63,612 nucleotides of DNA from positions 1 through 63,612 of the forward strand of contig ADNK01000012.1 of the NCBI GenBank assembly GCA_000320545.1, read 5' to 3'. This document shows, piece by piece, positions 26,000-38,811 of this stretch. Numbering within the stretch: position 1 is the stretch's first letter; every line of letters begins with the position of its first letter. The notes below the pieces were generated by a model. That model was not told the origin of the DNA, did not search any database, and saw nothing but the letters and a program-made list of their open reading frames with translations. The stretch is from Bigelowiella natans CCMP2755 (lineage: Eukaryota > Protista > Cercozoa). The position numbers were made by a program, and so were the translations under genes.

Positions 26000-26049
26000 A
26001 AGTAATGTATGCTACTCAATGCATCCAAAAGGGACACGTCCTACCACTA

Positions 26050-26470
26050 CTCTGCAATCAAATACTTGAATTCGACATTTTGTAAGAGAGTCGCAACACA
26101 GTGCTTGCAACATGTACCAGACTCTGTTCAGTGTGCACATGCATGTGTGCATACTGATGCATGCATCTGCACGAAGCACACAAAGCACTTGACTTGTGTC
26201 TGATGGTCTTGTTGATCATGCTTGACTCGTTGAACCTGCGTGCACACGCTAGTGCTGAATGGGCCCTCATTTGTCTAGACTAGTAGAGTCCATGCGCAAA
26301 TCGCATTGCATTTTAGATGCATGTGAGCAGCATGTGTAGACAAAACAATTGGCACACATGCCAGCATGCTGTGTGACATGGATGGTGGGTGTGAGAAGGA
26401 TGCAATGAACAAATGCAATCTTTTCAATTGTCAACCCAACTAGCCAATGCAGCCATGCAAAGCAGGATGG
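26050..26470. other. Intergenic TGCA/CATG/CTAG-rich block
   Basis: e.g. gtgcacatgcatgtgtgcatactgatgcatgcatctgcac; begins just downstream of the psuG stop. Confidence 0.65.
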
Positions 26471-26975
26471 TGTGAGACGGATGTGATGACACGATCAAAC
26501 GTTTTCATTGGTGTCCCAGTCATCCCAATGCAGCTGGGCATGCGACCAAACTTGCGCTTCTAGAACTCTGAGGCCAAAAAATGTGAAGCTGTTTGGGTTT
26601 TGAACACGTTGAACAAACACGAACAATGAACGATGAGAGCCTCCGTTTTGGAGCATGCTCGGAGTTCGGAACAGACAGCACGCTTCAAACATCAACCAAT
26701 GAACGGAGAGAACATCTTCATCATCATCTGCATCATCATCATCATTTGACTGAATGAATTCCATGGCATCGGGTCCCGAACTTTCGCGAAAATGTCTTGC
26801 AGCTTTGCAAACCACGGCGAAATCGGCAAGAAAGACAAGACGCAAATGGAAAATCCCATGTCAATCACCAAGTACGGACGCAGAGTCGCAATGCTTCTTT
26901 TTTTAACAAATTTTATCAAGTCGCGCATGAGCAATGGCCTTCGTCTTTCCCGCCTCAGACTCGGACCACGGAACT

Positions 26976-28046
26976 ATGATCGCGAAGCGAGCCACCAGAC
27001 AGATGGTTACCCCCCCCTTTTTTGTGCCTGCATCGAACCCTTTGATTCATTCTTATTCGGCAACCTATCGAAAACTCTTTATATTCGAAGGCGCGACGGT
27101 TGTGTCGGATGCTCTCCACAGCTGACCGGAATGCCCCTCGGCGGATGATACACCAAGGTAGGTGGTGGTGCTGGCTGTCCTCACGAAGGCCTGACCAATC
27201 GTGTTTTACGTTGCTTTACAGTGATCAATAATCGCTTTGGCAAAAAATTGACGGCTGGGATCAGGGTATGGAAAGCAACCGATTTCTTGGAAAGAAAATA
27301 GCACCGCTAGGCTCCGCATAGCACATCTCTCGGAGTCTCCGAGCTTTCTTTGTCTGTGTTGCCATAAAATATGATACCTCAGGTAAAGCGGTGGATCCAT
27401 GCTACTCGTCCGTCATTTCAAAAAGATTACTATGAAGTTCTCGGCATTTCCAAGAGTGCCTCCAAGTCAGATATTAAAAAGGCCTATTATAAGGTGCGAT
27501 ATTGATCAGAGAATAGCAAGAAACATTTACCTAGTATTATTGGAGTCAAATTCAAATCTTAATCCTCAAGATATTAAAGTGTCTAGCAATCCGAAATCAT
27601 GCGAAGGTTATAAATGTGTACCATAACTTTGATTGGGTATTTTTTGTTTCTCGCGTTCGTTATAGCTTGCAAAGAAGTGGCACCCTGATACCAATAAAGG
27701 CGACAAGGAAGCAGAGAAACGATTTACTGAGATCAGTCACGCATATGAAATACTCTCTGATGATGAGAAGAGGACAGCCTATGACCAGTAAATAGAGCAT
27801 CATTGTCCCACTCGCTTCGCACAAACACAAATGATACTTGATTGTGCTCCTGTGCCTCTCGGCGTGTATGCATCTGTGCAAAGAAATTATAACTTGTTTC
27901 AAAATCGTATTAATTGTTTTTAGTCTTCATATGTGTATCTCACCGCATTCTTTCATTTAACTCGAATGTTATCAATATTAGATTTGGACACAATTTCGAA
28001 CAGGCAGGCGGAGGAGGTTTACGATACATGTGTTGTCTACATTTAC

Positions 28047-28089
<43 letters not shown>

Positions 28090-28772
28090 CATAATGATAT
28101 ATTTTTATCTTGCCATGCGTGTCTGGTAATAATTTGAGAGTGCTGATGATGATGGTATTTTGGTGTGTATTAAACAGGATTTGGTGGTCCAGGTGGCTTC
28201 CAAGGCTTTACCAACGCAGAAGACTTGTTCCGAGAATTCTTTAGTGAGTAGTCGTCGTCGTCAATGATGTCCTTGATTTTCCCGTGAAGTATATGTCGCT
28301 ACGAAGCATTCATCGCACAAAAGTTCATTCTCCCGTCGTCCTATTCCCATGATTCGAAATGTCTTCGCTAGCTCGATAAGAGTCTAGCAATGCTCTCTTC
28401 CTCCTCTTCTTCAACCTCGCCTCGCTTCTTATCGGAATGAACACATTCTCACTTTTTGGTAGGTGGTGGCGGTGGTGGTAACCCGTTTGGAGGAGGGTTT
28501 GGAGGAGGAGGATTCCCTGGAGCAGGAGGGGGGCCGCCACGACCGGAGCAGGGTGGCGACTTACAAACTGTCGTCAGCCTGGATTTTATGGAGGCGGTAA
28601 GATCCTCCTCCATCCTTTTTTGGTTCTACTTTTTCTTGTTGTGGTTTAATTATTGTACATCGTCGCGTTGTTAGTTAGGAGAATCGGCAATCTCTACTAA
28701 GCTTGCGTCGCGCGCTTTTTACGTTTGCATTATCGACGACTGCTGCCTCGTCTACCAACCTCAACGATGATA

Positions 28773-28805
<33 letters not shown>

Positions 28806-29527
28806 TGCATTCCGACCATCACCAGGTCGATGGGGTGAAGAGGGATATCCGAGTGCAATGCAAATCTCATTGCAATGATTGTGAGGGATCGGGTTACGAA
28901 AAGGGCTCGGTGAGGACAACATGCCCCCGCTGTAAAGGATCAGGAGTGGTATTATCGCTACTTATACGGCTGTGTGAGCGGCGTCGTAACTGTCATATTT
29001 GCTGCCGTTGCTGCTGTTTCTAATATCTTTGCGATCATCTCTTTACAGGAAGTGTTCCGCCAAGGCTTCTTTGAGGTGAATCAGACATGTGGCGCCTGTG
29101 GAGGTACGCCCTTAGAATGGTTATAAGACGACAACTACAAATATGGGTGTATTATTTGTTCCAATTTTACGTCAATAATCGTCGCTGTCGTCTCCAGCGT
29201 GATCATAATAATGTTACTATGATATCTATAATACAGGGAGAGGCTTTACACAACCTGTGTGCGGAAGTTGTCAAGGGGCGGGTCTCGTGTGGGATACGAA
29301 GGAGGTGGTTGTTAACATCCCAGAAGGCGTAGAGGACGGTGTATCGCTCCGTGTGCGTGACAAAGGAGATGCAGGTAGAAAGAGGAAAAGGGTGATGATG
29401 AAGGATGGTGATGGGAACACTCTCTGCTAAACCTACGATCGCCACTACAAGCTGTATGATTCAACAAAAAATGATTTATGATGAGACTATAGCGATGGTC
29501 ATGAACCATAGAAATTCTCAACTCATG

Positions 29528-29569
<42 letters not shown>

Positions 29570-30818
29570 CTACTGTCTAGGGCGCAATGGCGGCCCGCGT
29601 GGGCACCTCTATGTAAAAGTACAAGTTCGAAAGCACCCAGCGTTCCGACGGCAAGGGGCGGATGTGCACGTGGACGTACCTATTTCGGTAACCCAGGCCA
29701 TTCTCGGCGGTACTGTGCGCGTTCCTCTGCTACGGGGCGTGGAGACGATTCACGTCCCTGAAGGGACCCAGCCAGGCGATAGAATGACGCTGCGTCAGCG
29801 CGGTATCAAGCGGCTTAGCTCAGACTCCTACGGCAAACAGTTTGTTCACTTTAAGATCGCCGTCCCGAAGTGAGTCGTAGCCATAGAAGAAGAAGAACAA
29901 GAAGAAGAAGAAGAAGAGGAGGAGGAGGAGGAGGAGGAGGAGGAGGAGATTAAGGCGGGAATAGAGAAGGGGAGCTCGATGCGGATGGATAGCGAGCTTT
30001 GTCGAGGGAGTAGACACTTCTGCAGCTGCTGCTACTTTAGTACAATAACTACTAGTACTACTACTACAACATACAGAGTATTAATTTGTTTGTTCAGGCG
30101 ACTGATATAAAAGTTTATATTGTATTAAAAAATGTGACCAATATTGTCTCTCAGGAAGCTGACGTCGAGGCAGATAGAGCTTTTGGAGGAATTTGCAAAA
30201 GAATCAGGGGAATTGTTGCATTCCAAGGTGGGAAATGCGCGTAAAGGGGGAAAGTTGTGTGGTGATTTACGTGTTTGTTACCACGTGTGCTGTGTGCTGT
30301 GTGCGTGTGTACGTGTTTGTTACCACGTGTGCTGTGTGCTGTGTGTGTGTGTGTGTGTGTGTGTAGTAGTAGTAGTATTAGTTTGTTTGTGTGGTTTGTG
30401 TGCGTATAATATCTGTGTTGGAAGTGGTATTGTATCATCACTTTAAATTGTATCAGAGAGCGCTACTGAGTTGAGATTGCATTAGGACGATCACCCTGCA
30501 AGCCATGAGAAAGAAAGCACGACATATTCGCTCTTTCAGGCTGCCAAAGACGCGCTGTTTGGGTGCAAAGACTCAACAGCAAATGATAAGGTATATGAGT
30601 GGTATATGAGTAAATTATGCACGTAGTCATGAGGTCGCAAGGGCGTTCATTAAACGGATTCATTCGTACTCTTACGACACTGCCGGATGAAGCACGTCAT
30701 GCGTTGCACAAAAATAAACCTTTTACCATTTTCTATCACTAATTTTCCATTTTCTGCCCATGCATCGTAATAGACAGGAGACGAGGGAGACGAGAAGAAA
30801 CAGAAGGATTCCGCTTAA
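26976..30818 (+). CDS. dnaJ: Type A DnaJ co-chaperone, mitochondrial-type (Mdj1/DNAJA3-like)
   Basis: Arg-rich presequence [10 protein letters not shown]|[10 protein letters not shown]; J domain KDYYEVLG...LAKKWHPD; G/F region; four CxxCxGxG-like repeats ([30 protein letters not shown]); C-terminal domain GHLYVKV...[11 protein letters not shown]. Confidence 0.95.
30268..30345. repeat. 42 bp tandem duplication in a dnaJ intron
   Basis: acgtgtttgttaccacgtgtgctgtgtgctgtgtg starts at 30269 and again at 30311. Confidence 0.85.
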
Positions 30819-30899
30819 CCTACTGGCCTGAATGTCGTAGCTGTGTACGATTGCTTAATATAACAAGATAATGGGGAAACCAGGAATATCTCCGTGTAT

Positions 30900-31330
30900 T
30901 AGTTTCACATGCGTGCCTTAATCGCAACAAAACTCGCCAGCAGTCCATGCAAATTTGTCTGCCATTCTGTTTCAAATCGCCACTCCCAATCAGCTAGATG
31001 CGCCGTGCGTGCGTGCGCGTGGTCGTCGTTGTCGCAGCCATCCCATCGCAGACGCACGTACGTACCGTTGCCATGACTAGATGAAACTAGTGGCACGATG
31101 CATGGCGTTGTTGCTCACAGTGTTGCGTGGACAAGGCTAGAAGGCACATGTGTGCGCTGTGCGTCCCAAGCAGACACACACAGACGCACCATTTCCATTC
31201 GATTTTTCTGCTTCTGGCGATGCCATGCATGTCTCGATGTGGTCGATTGCGATGCGATGCGCGTGGCATGCATGTGCACGTGTGATGTGATCTAGTGATG
31301 CGACGCGATGCTGATGACTCTGATGACATC
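30900..31330. other. Intergenic alternating purine-pyrimidine / CATG-TGCA-rich block
   Basis: e.g. gcgatgcgatgcgcgtggcatgcatgtgcacgtgtgatg; downstream of the dnaJ stop. Confidence 0.6.
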
Positions 31331-32431
31331 AGAAAAAAGTGCTCCATGTGCGGACGATGCCGACTGGAAAATTCGGTTAAGTTCCCCATTGACGATGTTT
31401 CGAATGAATCAATCAAGCAATCCAACGGGAGCGGTTGAAAAGAAAAAGAAATCTGCTTTGAAGGAAGTTGATTTGAATGGACGAATGAGTGAATGAAACA
31501 AACAAACAAACGTGATGAAGAGCTACATTTCCAATGAATTGATGGATTTGGAGACGAGAAAATGGCAACCTGGATGAAATCAGGAAAAAATGAGGTAGAA
31601 GTTTCGCATACAAACTTGTGCAGATGCTGAATTAGTTGTTTTCGGTCATGATTCTTTTTTGTAGAATGATTTTTTCCATTCAGAAAACAATCCTGGAAAC
31701 TTCCAAGAAATAAATCCTGCAATAATCACAGGTAACATTCTTTCGAAGCTAAGACTCATCACGGAAATCCACAATTCAAAAATCCGGTGTTCAGGCTAGT
31801 ACCGGGAATGGCGTCGAAGCTCCCAAAAATTTGAATAGACATGAAATCGGTTAAATGCCACATAAATGCAGGTAATACATGACCCTCGACAAATCTTCAC
31901 ATGAGCCGTTTCTGATCAGCCCCGGTCATACATGCACGATGGAACCGGAATTTTACCCGTTATAAATTTTAGTAATCGTGTAGCCTCAAAACAAAAATAT
32001 GCTCATTTATGTGCTAAATTGACGAAAACATCGGCATAGTATAAAAAATCTCCGAAATGACTAAATTTCTACCATTTGTCGTACCGACTCATGATCTGAA
32101 TAATGTGATAAAATACACATTGTAACGCAAATCCAAAAATACCGTTCAAATGCAGGAGAATTATGACTGCATCATCATGTCGGCCACCATTTTGAATGGA
32201 AATGGAGTTTTACGAAATAGTCATTGGAGAAGACATGACATGGATATCCAAAGTAGAGATAAGGCTGTATTTTGCTAAAATTTGTTTTGATGCGTTGTCG
32301 CATAGTAATAATGTCATCCTATACAGGATCTATTATCTCTGGCTACGCACATTTCCTGACCTCCTCGAAGTGCCCACCACCTCATCTACCAGCCCCATCC
32401 AGAGATACAAAGCGTGGTTTAGAAATAGGAG

Positions 32432-35400
32432 ATGATCATTTTTAAGGTGTTTGCCGCCTTGAGCTTGGTTGCCTCGGCTCTTCGGAGTAAACAGGAACTT
32501 TTAAGCTCGGTGGCGAACAACAAGACAACCTCAGTTCCCCTTCCTAAGATTGGGGCACTTCAAGAAGCTGAGAGCATGAAGCTGATGGTGTTATCTATTT
32601 CCATGCCCAAGGGATACAAGAAAGTAATGAAATTCTACAAGTCTATTGGCCTTGACGAAGTTGGTGCCATTAGCCCTGGAGTTCAGAGAAGCAAACTCAA
32701 TCTGAAAAACCTCATCGCAGAAGGGAGGGTGAGTACTTCATGATATTAAAAAAAAAAAACAGTAAAGATGAGTAGAAGTATATGTAAGATTTTCCAACTC
32801 AATATTTTTTCATTAGGTCGATCCTGATTACGAGACTACTGGAGAAACCGATCATCCCATTATTCCTGAGCTTGCAACAACATACGCTCACCACCGTGCA
32901 ATTAAGTCCTTTCTCCGTTCTGAACAAGGTCAGTATACGCATATACTATTCCATATGTCCGCAAATGTCATCGAGTGATTTACTAAGAAGATAATTATTG
33001 CAGAATACGCTCTTATATTTGAGGAGGACGCGAAAATGGTTGACAATGGTCGCTTTCTTCTGGCTAACATTCCAGGAGGAGAAAAAGGTAAATTCTACTA
33101 TTCCATGTTGTTGGCTTGTAGCATATATACTTAAAAATCTTTTATTTCTACATATTTTTCAACGTCATATGCCTGAATAACTGAAATATGAGATGATAAG
33201 AGACGGAGAAACTAATGCTAACCCCGGACAACCTGTTTATTATTAGGTCATTTTGTGAAGGCACTGAAAACAATCGTTCAAAAAGCTCCTAAGGATTGGA
33301 TGGAAATTAATCTTGGAAGATGCGATGCTCAATGCCATATGCAGAAACAAGCAGCCAAATTATCCGATAAAGTGTTCATGTTCGAGTCGAAATATGCCTA
33401 CTGTTCATCAGGATACCTTCTCAGTCGCCGTGGTGCTGAATTCCTCAATCAAACCTACTATGGCAAACTCAGGTACTCCAATGACCTGACCAAAGTTACT
33501 CTCTACGAGAAAGGTCTCTACAAGCAATATGCAGTGTCTCCGAGACTTATTGAGCAAAAAACTGAGTGTGGAGTAAATGGCTGTGGAAACGTACCTGAGT
33601 GCGGGCCCACGGGAAAACTCATGCAAAGAAACTGTGAGATGAAGCCTCTTTGTGAGATGTCTGCTAAGTGCAGGACAGTGGATGTTGGATCTCCCAAGAT
33701 CCCGAATGATTTTGTGTTCGCTACATACCCTCCTGAGAAACTAGCTGCTCTAGATGGAATCAGGGCGGAACTGAAGAAGAAACATCTCCGCATTCGTAGC
33801 CCTCGAATGTTCTTGGATGGATGTGGCTTCTTCACATTTCCTCTGATTGTAATGAGCCAGTTGCAACTTGCGAAGAAATTTGATTTAATTGGTTCAAAGC
33901 CCCCTGTGGTCTATATGCCGGAGCGAACTCACTACCACGAATGCAATAAGAAAAACAAAGACCATGTTGAATCTCCAGAATTCTGGGAGAAATGGTTCGA
34001 CCCAATATCGACCGCCAACTGGAGGAACGTCAGCGAAAAAGATGTTTGGGAACTTTCCCAAGCTTCTATATTAACAGCATATTATGACCCTCATAGTGTG
34101 CAAGGATATCCGTATGACGATGAAGCTACAGCGGACAATGCTTGGATCATTAATGAACGAGCCAAAGCCAAACCTGTTATGAAAGCTTACATCAAACCCA
34201 AGCGACCGTTCATGGAGGAAGCCCTCTCTTTCTACCGCACATACCTGGGATCTAGCAAGCAACCTGTTATGGGTCTCCACATGAGAGGAACTGACAAGTT
34301 TGTTCACCCGAAGGTTGATCCTGAACGCTACGTGCTACGTGCGAAGAATTTTGTGGAAAAGAACAAGGGTGGAAAGTTGTTCCTTGCAACAGACGACACT
34401 AGCTACTTCAACATGATGAAGAACACCTTCAACTCCAGCGTTATCTCTAGACCAACACTTCGAACGAAGAAAAATATTCTCTATGATGATAAAGTCGACA
34501 AGAATGCAAAGTGCAAGCAGGTTTTGATGGATTCGCTCGTTCTTGCTCTTACCAGCGAAATGGTTAAGTGCTGGTCAGGAGTGTCAGAATTTTCCATATA
34601 TGTTCGCGAGAGCCACATCCATGATCGCCCAAAGTTCACCCAAGTCGTGGATTTAGAAGCTACAGACACTGTGAATCTTGTTGCCATCCGAGATGACCCC
34701 TTCATAGAAGGGCCTTCACCGAAAAACGCATCGTGGGCTATTTTTGTTCCTACTATGCCCTCGAGGGAGGAGCATGTGACAACAATGCTTGATGGTATTG
34801 GATTGAGTAAATATTCATCCTTGATTGGTGCAACAACTCCAAAGACATTAACGGCAGCTATCCATCCGAATGCGACATTAAACATCAAAGAAGCATCTTG
34901 CATGTGGTCCCATCATCAATCATATGAGGCATTCCTTGCAAGTGGCAAGCAATATGGTTTGATCTTCGAGGATGATTTCATGCCTACTTTAGCCTCTGAT
35001 ACCATTGAAACTGGATTGCCTCATCTTATTGATTCCTTCATTGAGGAAAGGGAGTCTGGAAGAGCAAATTGGGACATTCTTAACCTCGCTCGATGCTACG
35101 ATTGCTGTAACGAGAGATGTCAAACTGTTGTTAGCACTCTGGAAAAGGAGAAGGTCTCTCTCATCACTTCCCCTCACCCATACTGCGGATCTGCATACTT
35201 AATCAGCCGCAAAGGGGGTAAGGTTCTTTCCCGATCAAGTGATCCAATTACGCGTGAGACGGACGACAACATGCTTTACGTTTCCATAACTGGAGAGCTT
35301 AACTACATGTCTGTCACTCCGCGCATCTTCTCGCAAGATCGTAAAAATTTCGGATCTAAACTTCACGATGAGCCCGAGGACCTTGAGTGCATCGAGTGCT

Positions 35401-36629
35401 CCTCCGAGGAGTGCTTCGACAAGGAATACATGCCGAAGGGATTTGAGCATGTGTCCGCCTACAAAGAGGGTGCCATAAAGGATCAGGTCGTCCGGGTCAC
35501 GCAATTCAATCATCATCTTCCCAACTCGCTCACGCCTAAGAAAGCAATTTCTGAAGACCAGTATAACCTCGCTGCATCCGAGCTGGATCATTTGACAAGC
35601 CCTGACTGTGAGTCTGTGCTCGGTCGTTCTATGACTCCCACGCTTGTTGAGTGGGGATTCGGATCCACCGTCAATAGTGTAGTTAAGCCTTACATGCACG
35701 CGCTCTCGTATGGATATTGCATCAAAAACCCTACAGGTTTCATTAAATACAACTGCAGCAATTGGGAGACGTTATTCCAGCCAGTCTCAAAGCCTCTAGC
35801 CAATGAGGACACATGTCAGATGGAACACCTAGCCCTGGAAGACCCTACGAAGTGTGCAACGGCCTTCTGCGGGAAGAAGAAGTACAGTGCTATTGGCCAA
35901 CCGGAGTTCTTCTTCTCGTCTGAATACCACGAATGCTGCGCGAAGTACTCTTTCGACAAACACGGGGGGAAAATGCTACCAAAAACTCACGTCGACATTG
36001 GTTTCTTTGGCTCCGTGTCTCTAATCCTTCACCACGCCCTTCGACCATCGAAGACTCTCCAAAGCAAGATCAACGAGGCTAAGGAGAACATGAAATGGCC
36101 GAAAGCAGGAACGCCTATGATAGGAATGCACTACAGGGCAGGCGATGCGTGTCTAGAAGAGGAAGTTACTCTTGGGAGAAAGTGTGATACCTTTGAGACC
36201 TACATGTCCCACGTCCACCATGTTGCTGGAAAATACGGCATTAAGCATATTTTCCTTGCCACCGACAGTGCGGCTGCTATTAAATCTCTACCGAAGTACA
36301 AAAACTACACCTTCCACTACAACAAGGTTGCAGGGCGAGGAGGAAAACGTAATCAGAAGGCCGTGGATGACTTGTTGTTCCACAAGGAAATCGATGGATG
36401 CAAAGAAGCTGAAGACACGATGATCGATATGCACCTGCTTGGAGCTACTGATGCTTTCATAGGCAAGTTCTCTAGCAATATTGACCGAGTAGCCTATAAC
36501 CTGATTTTCGCTCGCACAAGGGCATATCAACCATACGTTTCGTTAGATAATACATGGTGCTTCGACTACGGAATTAAAAGTCGCCCAGACGGTGTACGAA
36601 ACACCAATCAAGAGCTGTACTACTGTTAA
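32432..36629 (+). CDS. Secretory four-domain glycosyltransferase: GT25-like, NodZ-like fucosyltransferase, GT25-like, FUT8/GT23-like fucosyltransferase (1291 aa)
   Basis: Exons 32432-32728, 32817-32928, 33004-33087 and 33247-36629 (3876 nt, in frame). Hydrophobic N-terminus MIIFKVFAALSLVASAL. GT25 motifs AHHRAIKSFL..YALIFEED..NLGRC and CMWSHHQSY..YGLIFEDD..WDILNLARC. Fucosyltransferase motifs GLHMRGTDK/LFLATDD/DSLVL..WSGVS and GMHYRAGD/IFLATDS/DMHLL..FIGKFSSN. Confidence 0.88.
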
Positions 36630-36789
36630 ATGTGAAACAGAGTCTAAAACTAAAAATGAATATGTGTCTTTCAATGCACTTCATTGTTGAAGTCGAGAAT
36701 AATATCTGAAAACTGTTAGGTTGTTGAATTAAACTAGTTTTTCAATGTAAAGCAACCTAGTAAATTGATTGAGTACATTACTACCAGAA

Positions 36790-37520
36790 AAATTTGCACA
36801 TTATGGCATGTGCGGCTGCTACACTGCGCTGGCTCGCAGCGGCGCTGTTCAAATGTACTCATAAGCCATACTAGCATGCGATAATACCTAGCCTTCGTTT
36901 TGATTCGACGCTCTATTAACGATGATCTTCAATACGATACGCGAGATACTGCTCTATTGCTGGTTGTCAATGCATGCGCTGTCAACAACAAAATCCTGCA
37001 TATGCAGCCTCGGCGGCACATGCATGACATGGTCATGCATGCTAGCTACGTGCGTGCGTGCGGTGCACGACGTCGATGACGCACCGTACTTGTCCGTGCG
37101 TACACGCATGTGCATACGTGCGCATGAAACAACGCGCTATAGTCGATCGATGTGCAAACGCCGCAATATGCACGCGATGCATGCGTACACACAACAACTT
37201 GTCGATCATCAACAGCAGTAGTATAATACCTAGTGCGCCATACTCCCATGTTCAGCGTGCATGCTTGCAGCAGAACTATAGAACGCACTCGGCTAGATGC
37301 ATGTAATGATGCGGCATTAGCTGCGATCATCTTCATAACTTATATATATCGTTGTCGCGAACCGGCTGACAAAGGCTGAAAAGGACTCCAGAACTGCTGC
37401 GCGCAGTGCGCGGCAACATCGGTCGCATGAGGACGCTTTCAAATGCATGAAACACATTGTAGCAGAAACCAACAGATGCAACATTAGCGCTGTAGCCGCT
37501 GCATTGCACAGCTACATCAG
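36790..37520. other. Intergenic alternating purine-pyrimidine / CATG-TGCA-rich block
   Basis: e.g. gcacatgcatgacatggtcatgcatgctagctacgtgcgtgcgtgcggtgcacg; lies between convergent 3' ends. Confidence 0.65.
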
Positions 37521-37538
37521 GATGGCCATTGAAAAAAT

Positions 37539-38768
37539 TTAATTCTTCATTACATCCGTCTCATATATCGTTGTCGAAGGTCCATATATCCCCACACGCA
37601 AAGCTTTGGCACTTTGATACCCCGTAGGCCCAAACTTATGAAATCGAAACATGGACAGATTTTTGAAGGTTGAGGCGATAGGACTTACGACTTCGCTGGC
37701 TATGCACTGATTCGATGGCACAACAATCACAATAATGGCCGACGACTTTGCAAGCGAGTAAGCAAGAGCCTTATAGCACGGTTAGGAATGTAAATTTTGG
37801 AGATGAAGCAGGCGCGTCCGATTATTTATAGAGACATGCATTATAGAGAGACATGTCTCTACTATATATTGCAGTGAAAGTGTGAAATAATAAAAGTGAT
37901 AGCGTCGTAGCATGTATGCAGCTAGCCCGCGTTGAAACAACTTTAATAGCCGCGGCATGTATATAATAAGGGACACCAAGTGACTCCTTCCGATCCCGAC
38001 GACACCCCGAGCTCAGTATAAGTTGTAACAAACGCTATCATTCCACTTGATCTCACATAATTATTAGCTTCGTGATGTGGAGGTTTTGTGCACCACTAGC
38101 GATTCAAGGAGCGCTGGAGGCAATGTACGGAAGGATATCTGGCGGAATTTGTAGTGCCTTTGGTAGACGATGTAAAGCTAGATTAGAATTCTGATGAACT
38201 CGTTTTCTCTTGAGCGATGACGACAAAGGTGGTGGTAATGACAAGAAATATTGCATATGTGGCGTGTTCTTCTTCACATGACTTGCAGGGATTCTAAGAG
38301 CATCAATGAGACAGTGTTTCATCATCACCTGAGAAACTCATCCCAGAATATGCCAGTACTATCGCTGTGAACGAGCAGTGGCAGAGCATCGGCTATTGTC
38401 TGCCAACAACAAGAAACATAAACATAATTTCTTTAATTCCTAGTAATATGGGGGGGACACGGGTGCTACATCCTACAAAAGACATGAAACCAGAGGCGTA
38501 TATAAAAGTGTAGTTTTCGTAATCAAATCCATTGCACTTACGTACACACACGCGCGCGCGCGCGCGCACACACGTATCGATTACAATGAAAGCATAAACA
38601 AGCTGGCTTTAGAATCTTAGGATATGAAAAATGAAGCTAGCGATGATGCCAATGATGCGGACAAAACCTGAAAGAATATCTTCGTCCTTTGATTTGAGCG
38701 AACGATGGCAAAGAATGGCTCGGCTAGAGAACCTGCTATAGTCGTGGTAGTAATGAGATGCAAATGCA

Positions 38769-38811
<43 letters not shown>

